Below, piece by piece: positions 50,929-62,668 of a stretch of DNA of 64,000 nt. A program made the position numbers and the translations under genes. The notes below the pieces were generated by a model. It had not been told where the DNA came from and made no database searches. It saw only the letters and a list, made by a program, of their open reading frames with translations. Every line of letters begins with the position of its first letter. Positions within the stretch are counted from its first letter, which is position 1. Location: positions 67,704,001-67,768,000 of the forward strand of contig NC_043003.1 in NCBI RefSeq assembly GCF_006345805.1, written 5' to 3'. The DNA comes from Octopus sinensis. Taxonomy: Eukaryota.

Positions 50929-52239
50929 CATATATATACATATATGTGTATATATATATGTATAAATATATATATATATATTCTCTGTTTATTTGTCTTT
51001 GTTGTAAACATTCGCTTGCTTTCTCACAAAAAGTCTTATGCTCAGCTCAGACATTTTGGGGGCAACCAGATTTGAACAGTCTGAAGTGTAGTAGCCCGGA
51101 ACTGTGATGACAATCCGGGGACTTGACTGAAGAGAGAAAGCTATGAATTACCCGTGCTTGCTTTGCTGATCTCCCTCTATCTGTTGTTTATCTTGTCTAT
51201 GTTTGCATTGTCTATCTCTCCGGTTGTTTTGTTGGCATATATTGCGATTTTGTTCCATTTGTTATATTCATATATACATTTAGCGGCGTACTTACAGGTT
51301 TGTTCAACTTGTAAGTAAGTATGCATCTATTTTGTACGATTCATTTAATCTGTCTTGAAGTCCGCCTCATACTTTCTTCTTCCTTCTTTACTCTTTTTTT
51401 CTTTTCCTCGCCTCCCTCTCTCACATACTCTGGCCCTCTCCTTCTTTAATTCCTACCTTGCCCCTTGTTTATATCGCTTGTACCTTTCTCATTAACCTTT
51501 TCCCTCTTTCTCGTTCTTCACTTAATCTTTCAATTCTTGTTCCCCCTACCTTTCTCCTTCCATTTCACGTGACTGGTATTCGACGAGGCATGATCTTTCT
51601 TCTTTGGCTTCACTCCTGACCGCGTAATATCACTTACGTCCATCTCCTATGTTTCTGACTCAAGGCTTTCACTCTCTACACGCCAGCTCTATTCAATTCG
51701 TCTCGCTAGTTATTCCCATTTATAATTATATTTATAGTATTTATAGTATTTATTCGATACTATATAACTACGAATTGATTATTTCTATAAGTATTTTAAA
51801 TAAGATTTCCGAAAGTTCGTTTAAGTTTGTTTGTTTGTATTTTTGAAATTAGGTATTTCATCTTAAAATATGAAAAATTAATTTATTAGGTCTTTATTAT
51901 ATGTGCATATATATTTATTTATAGAGATTATTTTAGATCTTAATTATAATTTTTATATACATTTATATATTTTCATTGATAATTTATATATAATAGCCAT
52001 TTTTAAAAAAATATTTATGTAATTAGATATAGACTATTACCGATATTAAATATTGGTGGGTTTCTTACCTTATAAATTAAAATTAATATTTCACATTATA
52101 ATCGATTTTGATATAATCATAATTGTTAAGTTTTAAGTTTTAGTTTGATAATAGAGTTTATTATAAGTAAAATTATTATATTATTTCTATCTTTAAAATA
52201 TTGTTTAAATATTTCTGGTTATTTTTAAAATATTTCAAT

Positions 52240-52332
52240 TAACCTGAAGATTGACTGTAACCATAACTCGAATTATTAATTGAATTTAAATTATTTTTAT
52301 TCGAATTGGTACAGCCATGAAACGGTCGTAGT
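52240..52332 (+). ncRNA. Type I hammerhead-like motif with extended stem II
   Basis: CUGAAGA (52244-50), stem II gactgtaacca/tggtacagcc extended by tcgaat/attcga, GAAAC-G-GUC (52319-27). Stem I is poorly paired. Confidence 0.5.
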
Positions 52333-52602
52333 GTTGTACTCTTTATCTTTTATTAAACTTTTAATACTTTTGATATTTAAAAAATTAATTAATTAATTAA
52401 TTAATTAAATAATATATAAATATAAAATATACATACATATATATATATATTTGTATATATATATATATATATATAATTATAAGTTTAAATTATTTAAATA
52501 ATTTTTTTAAACTTCTATATTTTAAATTAAAAATTAACTTTATGTATTGTGTTTTTCACTGTTCGATTTGCCTAATAGTGGTTTTATCTCTAATTTAATA
52601 TA

Positions 52603-52693
<91 letters not shown>

Positions 52694-53859
52694 GAAAGTG
52701 ATCTGTGGAGCTTTCTTTGCTATGTAAATATTACTTTGTACTAAATATAATATGGCATTATCTGTATACCAACCAAATGAGTGGCGGATGTTTTTTTGTG
52801 TTATATAGAATTAATACATTATGCAAAGATTTTTATCCGAAACTTTTAGATAAGAGATCACTACAATTCTCCCGAGACTATTAAGCACTTATAAAATTCG
52901 CCTGTTGAATTTTCAGCCGAAAACGCATCTTTGATGGAAAATATAACAAGCATTTATCTCTGATGTGGGTATAAGTGCTGTAGAAAAATCACTTGTTGTA
53001 TCAAAAAAATCTCATATAATAAATCATATAACTACTTTTATTGTCAAAATTATATTTCGCTACAATTAATATATCACGCGGGAAAATTATGAACTCGATT
53101 TAAATGCTGTTACCTCTTCTCGCAAATGCCAGTGTATTTTATGTGTTGAATTAGAACTAAAGGAAAGTTTATCAATTTTCTATTATTAAATATACTTATT
53201 TAACCATCCGTTTTGTAATCACAAAAAATACAGACAGCTTTAATGGTTTGTATATCAAAGAATGCAAAATATTTGCGTTAGAGTATATAGAGAATATAAT
53301 GTCATTTTTTACAATCAAACAAAATTTAATTTGCAGCTTACATAGATGATAAAAGTGACGCTAATTGGATTGTGTATCTTGGGAAATAAGTACACACAAC
53401 ATCCTCCAAACAATTGTTTTTATATTTTTCAATCGATAAATATATTAACGTTTGTTAATTAAATCCTCCAACGTGTCCATAATTAACATGTAAAATATTT
53501 TACTACTAAAGCATAATGGCAACGTTGAGAAGGTGACAGTCTATTCGATAATGTATAATGATGTATAAACACACCACCGAGGAGGCTTTAGAAGTTTTTT
53601 GCGTGAGTTATCATTTATATGTATACACAATTTAAAGTTTCAGTCGCTTCTCTTGTATAATTATATATGACAAATGGTTGGTCTGAAAATAACACTAAAG
53701 TGTGATCTTTTGCATAAAACTCAGAAATTTATTTCACACCAATTGATACATTATATCAAATATAAGTATTTGTATACAAGTTGCATTTACATTTACACCT
53801 GATTAATGCTCTCTAAAACACGGGCGATTATATGCTGATGTATATATATATATATGTAT

Positions 53860-54075
53860 ATATGAAGTTAATCCAAACAAGAAAGCACAAAAAAACACAA
53901 CAACGCGAGGACGTGGAACAAATATAGTATTATTGGACGCTCAGGAAATAAGGAAAGAAAGAGGGTTTAACGTTTCGAGCGGAGCTTTTCGTCAGAAACA
54001 TAGGAGAAGGAAAGATCCAGAGAAGGGAAAACAGAGGGAAAAAATCGCCAACGGTACACACGAGGTCACATTTAT
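53860..54075 (-). mobile_element. Penelope-like tail fragment with hammerhead motif
   Basis: Shares gtattatt.g.cgctcaggaaa and aacgtttcgagc with the pseudo-LTR at 15681-15735. Flanked by (TA)n. Confidence 0.75.
53965..53999 (-). ncRNA. Minimal type I hammerhead motif (canonical CUGACGA core, stem II first-pair mismatch)
   Basis: Minus strand: GUUU-CUGACGA-A-AAGC UCC GCUC-GAAAC-GUU^AAAC. Confidence 0.65.
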
Positions 54076-54137
54076 ACATTTACATATATATATATATATA
54101 CAAGTATTTATGTATTTATGTACACACGAGGTCACAT

Positions 54138-54169
<32 letters not shown>

Positions 54170-55559
54170 TTATGTATTTGTTTGTATTTATGCATATATA
54201 TATATTTATACACACACGTATATATAGATATATATAGACATATTGATAAACAAATAGATATACATATATTATTCGGTATATATGTTATATGCGTGTGTGT
54301 GTTTGTTTGTGTGTGTGTGTTTGTATGTCCGTGTGTTTGTGTAGGTTGCTTGAAGCATTTTAGCAATGAGGTCAAATTAGTGAAAATGGAAGGCTTCTTG
54401 CAGTGAGGTAAAACGAATAAATGTAAAACATATTTGAAGCAGAAAGGCCTTTTAAGGGATGTAAACACACAAAATATACCGGTCCAGGTTTGTGTGGAGC
54501 AGATATTTGAATTAGAAGAACTAATATTTGCAGGGAAAGAGCTCTACAGTCAGTGATCCTGATTAGCTGCGATGAACATTTAGAACCGTGTCGGTTTGCA
54601 TCAAGTGGTGCTACCAGTGGTCGCAGAGGTGATAGCAGCATGTAGATAACCACTGGTCAGTGGCAGTCGTGGTGCAAATAGCTACTCTTATTGAAACTTA
54701 GTAAGCTATGAAAGCCAACAGCCAGGCTCTGACCAATTCTCAATCTCCGAATTATGTTGGTGGATAGTCAAGGATTCTTTGATTATAAGATTTCTTAAAT
54801 TTCTTTGTGACCAGTGAGGAAGCCTTTATGTCGATGATGATGGCTCTACATTTCAAGATATATCTGTTAAAAAGATACCAGTGTCGCCTGATGTTCCATC
54901 AGTCGGATGTTCATTAATTATAGTTACAAATATTGTGTTTCCTTATGTCTATCGCTAAAGTACAAGCGTCTACTTTCTTCAGATTCATTTATTTTATAAA
55001 TGATTGAGCTACATCTGAAAATTTATACTGAACAAACATTTATTACTTTGAAATAGCAAATATATATTACATCGTAATTGCAAAACGTCTCCAAAGTCTA
55101 GACAGATTAAAGCAGCATTATTAACCAGAAAACATGTTGCTATCTAGTTCAGCGTTTCTGTATTAAAAAATATTTCATCGCTCTTTATTATGAATTTAGA
55201 TGACTAAAGCAGAATGACTAATCAAACTAATTGATTAGGCTGATGTGTAACACTTCATGAATATTATATACATTCCACGAAGCTAATTAGCGTATATCCT
55301 TAATTAGTATAAGTAGGTCCATTCCGACCTCATGCTCAGTTTTCATTGAGAAGGACCATTGAGACTGATTAGTTCACTTGCACTTTTAATGTTGGCAAGT
55401 CAAAATCGATCCAAGTTATTTCCTTTTTCTATACATATATATCCCTTTTACATATTATTTTAGTCTCCTTCAACTAATATGCAAATATTTTCTTTTTAGA
55501 CATGTGGAATTATTTCATCTGATGTATGCATCATGTAATATCATTTTACCTCGAAAAAT

Positions 55560-55800
55560 ACCTAAAATATGGAGAAAAAAAAACTATATTGCACTTACCT
55601 TCAAATAAGAAGGCAATTTCAATTTTGGGGCAGGATAGCATGATCGACGATTTGGAAGCATTTTCTCCAATCATATAAACGATTAAGTACATTACTTTCA
55701 ACCAATATAGCATATTAATAGACTTGCAAGATCCAATAGATGATATTATCACATCAAGGAAAGGGTGCCAACGTATTATCATAAAACAGCTAGCACGGCA
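55560..55800 (-). mobile_element. Decayed CR1-like RT fragment
   Basis: Frames give IVYM...KCFQIVDHAIL, matching the DxxKAFDxVDHxIL motif. Confidence 0.4.
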
Positions 55801-56311
55801 AATTAGTTTCGTTTAAAGACGTAACATCTTGTGGATATGTATTTTAGCGGATACGAACTGTGCATTGGTTATGCCAATATTACAACACCGGTAGCAGTAC
55901 ATTAAACACCTATATTTTGATTAACTTCTTGGCAATTTTTTCAGCTCGAAAAGCAGCAGTTCTACATACGCGTAATGTACTATGTAATGCTTTTATTAAA
56001 CATAAAACTCCAGTCCTATGCAGCTAAACTGATGTAATTTACGATATCAGGCAGACTTTCAAGTTTCAAAAATGTTTGCTGACAGTAAATAAGCCTCTGT
56101 TACCTTCTGTACTTAGGTTTCATTAAATTATATGGATGATTTTAAGTTGAAAGTTTCCAAAAGAGTTCTGACAAACCGTTTCTACCACTTTATTTAAGGA
56201 TAAGGAACAATCTATTGCAAATGAAAGATAGGTTTCCTTAAATTATATGGAGGATTTTACGTTGAGAGTTTCCAGAAGAGTTCTGACAAATTGTTTCTAC
56301 CCACTGGCTTA

Positions 56312-56585
56312 TGGCGTAGTGGTTAACAGGCTACTAACCCCAAGATTCCGAGTTCGATTCCAGGTAGTGACATGAATAATAATAATAATAATAATGATAA
56401 TAATAATAATAATAATAACATCGAAAAATACCTTAGGAATGAAAACCCAGGTTCGAAATTTCCCCAAGAACCCTGATGAAAGCTGGAAGGTATATCAGCT
56501 AAAACGTTGTGTTAACAAAGATGAGGACAAATATCCGTCAAATGTAAATAATGTACATAATTCCTCATCTCTTAAATATAGAGCT
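56312..56585 (+). mobile_element. tRNA-headed short element carrying a hammerhead-like motif
   Basis: A box tggcgtagtggtt (56312), B box gttcgattcc (56352), (AAT)n linker, then CUGAUGA-A-AGCUG..CAGCU-AAAAC-GUU-GUGU (56473-56512) and an AT-rich tail. Confidence 0.65.
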
Positions 56586-57953
56586 ATAGTGTATGTCTTC
56601 TGCGTCAAAGTGCATTCTTTCAAGACATTAAGATTTTTAAATCTCTGAACAAGAAACATTAAGTAAGGACGCAGAGAGCGCGTCGATAGCCAGCTGGAGA
56701 TAATGTTTGCTGGGGCTAAATTACTGTAACATTCGTCCCACGCAGGACTACCACATTATGCTGGCAAATAATCTTTACTCATTAGAATTTTTCTTTTCCA
56801 AGAGCTTCCCATTATTTTCGAATTAAATTGGAATTTCCCAATTTTGTGAATTCTACATATTGAATGTTACTCAAATATTGGTTGCATATTAATATGTTCG
56901 TCTTAGTAGGAAAGGTACTACCACTGCTCACTGCAGACTCTTGTCCCACACGTGGGTTCACGATAGATAAAGTCCAGGCTCTCATAATTCCTGTATAATA
57001 TATGTAATGGAAAATTCGATCGATCTGCAGCATGGTAAGGACAGCGATTAAGTGGATTTCGCTACTCTGAAAACTTGCTGCGTTTCGAGTTGAAATGCTA
57101 TTGAGATTAACCTTGCTTTTGCATCTCCGTGAGAGATAAAAATACTTCCAATTAAATAATGTGGATGACAGCACCGATTCCAACTTTTGGCAAGCTGAGG
57201 CTAATATAAAAACGGTAGAAGTGAGACATCTAGGGCATTAATATCGTTGTGATGATAGTTATAGAGTATAATCTAATACAATTAAATTATACGATAAAGT
57301 AAATGTTCTACAATGAATGATCTATGGCATAATTTTGAGTGTATATATATATTTTGTCTATTTGAGATGATTTAATAGTTTTGCTTTATGGGTAGTGAAT
57401 TTTTTATTCAATGCAATATTCGCGGTCACTTTTAAGAACTAAATTCATTTCTGATCTTGACATGTACTTTTGGGCATTTATCAGAAGTGGAATGAGCGCT
57501 AATATTTGTAAACTTTCAACAGTTCATGCATTTTAACTTTTGTTCTTCAGCCTGTCAAGGGAAGTTTGTGTTGTAACACACTGTCATGTACATAATAACT
57601 TGATTTGGCACGTTTATGGATCGACATTATATATTCCTGTCACTGCTGATGTACAACAACTTATTTCTTTGGAATTTTAGTGTTCATTTGTCTTACCAAG
57701 ATATCAAGTGAATTAAACGTGGGAGCAAATGGTTATTGACGGATAGTGTTTGATTCGTCATTTACATATATTTAAATGCAGCTGCAACAAAGACAGAGCA
57801 GATTAGTAATATAGAAAACATGAATGTGTGGTGGCATAATTTTATTACGAGTCGGACCAGAAGTAATATAAATGTAGAAAATTGAGCATTTAACATTATC
57901 ACATGCTCCCATGTAGAAGTCTCGTGAACAGTTTTTAATCCCAAACCCGAGCA

Positions 57954-58017
57954 ATGAGCGATGTTTGCATGATAACAATACTTCTGATTGTGTTTCCAGC
58001 TGGATATGAATATTTTG
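57954..58017 (+). CDS. Candidate signal-peptide exon (MSDVCMITILLIVFPAGYEYF, phase-1 donor)
   Basis: ATG at 57954 after an in-frame stop, hydrophobic core ITILLIVF, donor G|gtaatt at 58018. Confidence 0.3.
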
Positions 58018-59805
58018 GTAATTTAAATATAAAGCATTTTCTACTATCAAAGTTCTTAAATTTGAGATGACAAACTCTTTCGTATATCTAGTTGTCACTA
58101 TTGTGGAAAATATAATTAACCGATATGGCAAAGGTAGGATTTCGGGAATTGAATATCAGAGGTCGAACACAATTTGAGATTGAAGATACAATGAATACAC
58201 ACCTGTCAATAAGTTTTCACTATATCAATAGAAAAGTAAAGAGTGCAGATTAAAAATCACAATATTGCCACGTCATTAACTTGACAAGCAATACATTAGA
58301 AATTTGAACAACTTCTATCCCAGGCAAACCCAAACCGTAAGAATTCCACCACTCGTCTATCATTCACTCAACAATAAATCGCGATACCATATTAAAATCA
58401 TTGGATGATGATTAATTAAGAACATAATATAATATGACCACTGATTCCAATTATCTAATGAAATATCTTAATGGTTGCCTGCTGTATCAATTCATATCGT
58501 GATTTAATTATCGGTTGCTAGTTAGTAATTCTGTATATGGAAAAATGGACAAGTAAAGTGTCTCCTGTTAAACTATATTTAAATTATTGAAAGTTAGGAA
58601 TATTGAATCGACTGGAACCTATTCTTTAATTACTTACCATAAACAGACCGATGATCAGTGAAAATAGTTTCACACTATTTGCAGATTCGTAAGTATCTAC
58701 CCGTGTTCATCAACATTCATATTTCACATGTTACTGAGACCAAATGTGTTTCTTATCAGTACGAATCTATAACAATTCTATCGTATCAGCAATGTTGTCG
58801 ACTGAAGTGTTTGACTTTATCTTCAACCTATTTTAATCTATTTCTAATGCCAGTAAATATTAATTCTTAAACCTAGAGTTAACCTTTAATCTGCGCAGCT
58901 ATAATTTGCATATGAATTTTCCCTAGTTAATCGAGAGTTTCACTTGTAGATGATTTACTGCAAGATTTTGCCACACACCTGTATCAGAAAACTTAGAAGA
59001 ATTTGCTGCCATACTCGGAACAACATTCAGTTTTAGCAGCCGAATATGACATAACGAGCGGTTATCGAAAATGCGATGTGCGATTTTTAAAATTGTGTTG
59101 CTGACATAAAATATTTGAATAATGTTCCTCATCATAAATGTAAGCATTCTACGGATAATCAATTCACATAAAATAAATATATAAAGGAACTAATGCGTGG
59201 CTGCATGTATCATAGTCCATCACATATGCGCGTTTAATCATGAACCGTAAAATCTGGGCAAATTATGAAAAGCCTTTCGTTATGAGCCATAATAGTTGTG
59301 CGTTTACCTCGTTTATTTATTTATATGCTCAAGCTAACAGGTTATACGAACTAAATTGTTGTTTTAAATGCTGTTTTAATATATCTTTAACGACCATTAT
59401 TTTTACGGGATTTTTAATATTACCTTGTTACTTAAGCATTTTGCGGGTATATATTCAATTAAATCATATTTGCATTTCACTGGTTAATAACTTATTAAGC
59501 TCAGAATGATGAAGCTGAAGTTCGAACCCGGCACCATATGAACGCAAAATACGGAGGACTGTTACTATATTCAGTAAAGTACACCTCCACTGGCTCCTCA
59601 CTATATTATACAGTAGAAGTAGCCGCAATAGCACAAGCACAGCAGCAGCAGTATTAGTAGTAGTAGTAAATGCAAAATCAGAGGAATGTCGGTAGCCTTG
59701 TCATCAGTATTTTACTGGTTTTACCCTCGACCAGATTTTAGTTCAAAATATAAACAACCGGAAAAAATAACGGCGATGATACTTATACTTCTCTTGAAAT
59801 TGCAG

Positions 59806-59942
59806 GAGGTATAGAACCACAATGCATTACTGCGCTTCTTCAGCCACTGTATGATCGTTCCTCTATTTCGTATGTGCCGACATCAAATCAAGCAGATGTT
59901 CCTGATTGGTATGGCGTCAAGTGGAACAATGCGAAATCATAA
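59806..59942 (+). CDS. Candidate exon following 57954-58017
   Basis: Acceptor cttctcttgaaattgcag. Phase-1 frame GIEPQCITALLQPLYDRSSISYVPTSNQADVPDWYGVKWNNAKS* is open for 44 codons in locally GC-richer unique sequence. Confidence 0.3.
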
Positions 59943-60349
59943 TAGACGTTGGGTGAGATGTTGGCGCTCGCCAATTTAGCTTGAGGTTTCACAAATAGAT
60001 TTCTTTCAGACCGTTTCTGGTGAGAGTATCCATATTATCCGTTACCTCTTCAAGATTCTTCTACTCTGGGATATCTGACCCAAACTAGGCGTCAACCAAT
60101 TTTACTTGGTGCTGAAATGTCATAAATCCACGTCTACATGATTTTGATTCCTATTAAATTCAAGTAGGTAAACATTGACACCACTTCCAGTGAAGCATGT
60201 CCCTTTCTTGAAATTTTTTGGTTGATATTGATATTCAGGTTTTCTACGCTGTTTATACCCTATTTCGATGTATTAACTTGTCCTAATTACTACGTTGCGT
60301 TCAATCAGTATTCCGTATCTTTTTTCTCATTACACAAAATATAAAAATA

Positions 60350-60586
60350 TTGGGTTGGTGCAAAATTATTGCGGATATTTTTCAACAAATTTTTATTCAA
60401 GAAAAGCACGTAACAAAAACATCTTTAAATGATTATTTCCGATCATATCCACCGTCTACTTCAATTACTGTTTCCCATTTGCTTGGCAGACAATCAGACC
60501 GTCATTTAAAGATGTTTTGGGGAAATATTGTTTTTATTGAATAAAATTTGATCAATAAAAGCCGCAATAATTATGCACCAATCCAA
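60350..60586. mobile_element. Mariner-derived MITE / internal-deletion derivative (237 bp)
   Basis: TIRs ttgggttggtgcaaaattattgcgg and ccgcaataattatgcaccaatccaa with TA duplicated on both sides. Confidence 0.88.
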
Positions 60587-60778
60587 TACAATTTATTATT
60601 GCGCGTTCAAAATATATCTCTCGCGTATAAGTACTTACGAATATATCAAATCATTCAATTGCCTTGACAACAACTTTGAAATTTAAAAAGTGGGATTTCA
60701 GTCTCAATGTCAATTTATCACTTCAACATCAATCAATTGGTAAAGAACATTCTTCACCATTTTATTATTTTTTTCCAG

Positions 60779-61255
60779 GCACAAGTTCGGTCGGCTGTGT
60801 AACAAGAAGTTTGCTTCCCAAGCACAGGGTTCGGTTTCAATCCTGCTGCGTGGCACATGGGAAACTTGCTTTCGCCTACTATATATCCTCGTGCAGACGT
60901 AACCTTGTGAGTTGACGGAAACTGGAAGAAACCCATCGTACAGATGTGTTTGTGTGTGTGTGTGTGAGAGAGATAGAGAGAGAAAGAGAGAGAGAGAGAT
61001 AGGCAGAGATAGAGAGAGAAAGAGAGGATGTGTGTGTATGTGTGAGTGCGCATGTGTCTATCTGCTACTACCGCTTGACAGTTGGTATCGGTATGTTTAC
61101 GTCCCTGTAACTAGCGGTTCGGCAAGGAGACCGCTAGAATAAGTAGCAAGCTTGAAAATTAAATAACTACTGGGAGTCACTTCTTTTGGCTGGAGTTTAT
61201 GTAGGAGGTGCATGGTCGCAGTCTAATGACTGAAACACATGAAATGAGATAAAAC
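60779..61255 (+). mobile_element. SINE family B, full length with central (TG)n(GA)n microsatellite
   Basis: tRNA-like head ggctgtgtaacaagaagtttgcttccc, core ccttgtgagt...ggaaactg, 3' part gcttgacag...cggttcggcaa...gcagtctaatgactgaaac. Confidence 0.8.
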
Positions 61256-62374
61256 ATCTATTTCTGTTTTGGGTCAATGGGAACAATTCTGAATGAATAA
61301 TAATTTTAGATGCCTTAAAAGATAAATAGTAAACCCATTAATTGATAATGCGTTCAATTATATTATATGTGGACCAGTATTCTAAAGAAAACTTTTTTAT
61401 GGTGTTATTGTATTAATGGTGGTATATCTAATATAGAAATTATTTTAATATTGTTATTCAGAACTTTGATGAAACAGTAATATTTCTCAAATGCAATTAA
61501 AATATAAAACTCATAATAGAGATTTAATAAAGTCAGAAAATTGTAGTCGTACTTTATCATTTTGGCTGAATGTTTTAATAATCTAATAATACTAGTGAAA
61601 TTAAATTTCGAGAGGAAATTAACTTATAAGCATATCCTACAACAATAAGTTGTTTACGAAAGAGACGTCTGAATATTTCTTCTTAATAAAGAATATTTCC
61701 TTAAATTTTATTAATCTCTATATTGAGAGCAACATTGTACGGAGGTTTAAGTTTAGTATTTAGTTCAATCTAAATCCAAATCTCACAGGCAACGTTTTTA
61801 TTTAATTAAGAGAAAACTATAAAGAAATAACTTCACGATGTGAAACCATAATGCTAATACAACGGATTATTCTTTAAGTGATGCTTTAAACAGAGAGCTT
61901 CAAATGCTATTACTTGGTTAAAACTACATTATGCTTTGCCAAAATGCAATTTACCGCAACATAAACTTCCTTACCGTTTATAGTTGCATTTTATTTCTAT
62001 CTAACATGCATTTGTTCACTTATTTTTTGACACAATGTTTCCCTTTTATAATAGGTATACACTATTTTGCATTATATAAAAAATTAAATGTTTGATTTTG
62101 CATCGTTCAGACAATTAAGGCTATACATTGCATCAATGAACTTCACTTAAATCTAAATTAATAGTAAATTTACTTATATTGCTGTGTATGATACCTACTG
62201 AAAAGATTACTAGCATGTGCAAGGATGATGATATACTCAGCCACTTAGATTTGATTATAGATTTCATATCGATCAGTATTACATACAAGCTTTTCAGGCA
62301 TTATTTCATTGCAATTCTCAATTTCACCTTACTTTCCTATAAATAGATTATGTGCGAGCATAGGAATTCTATAT

Positions 62375-62668
62375 CACCGTGATCACCGTGACCGACCAGG
62401 CTATCGGATGTTGCTACACATCGCTGGTCCCAACGCGCTTCGAATTGTTTTAGCCTTCAAATGACGCCACCCCGCTGGCTAAGCGAGCAGGCCAACATAA
62501 GAAAGAGTGAGATAAAGTTGTGGCGAAAGAGTACAGCAGGGATCACCACCAACCCCTGCTGGTGCTTCGTGGAGCTTTAGGTGTTTTCGCACAATAAACA
62601 CTCACAACGCCCGGTCTGGGAATCGAAACCGCGAGTCCGCTTCCCTAACCAATGGGCCATTGCGCCTC
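62375..62668 (-). mobile_element. tRNA-derived SINE (family C head, alternative 3' tail) with 14-bp TSD
   Basis: TSD taggaattctatat at 62361-62374 and 62669-62682. Head gaggcgcaatggcccattggtt...gtttcgattccc; tail ends in (cacggtgat)x2. Confidence 0.92.

Noticed and set aside
54815-54950. GSLYVDD as an RT catalytic motif
   Set aside because: It is a single short motif with no flanking RT motifs in frame and could be chance.
55546-55782. Minus-strand host exon ending in a perfect GAAG|gtaagt donor
   Set aside because: An alternative frame shows a decayed CR1-type KxFxxVDHAIL motif, so it is better explained as a LINE relic.
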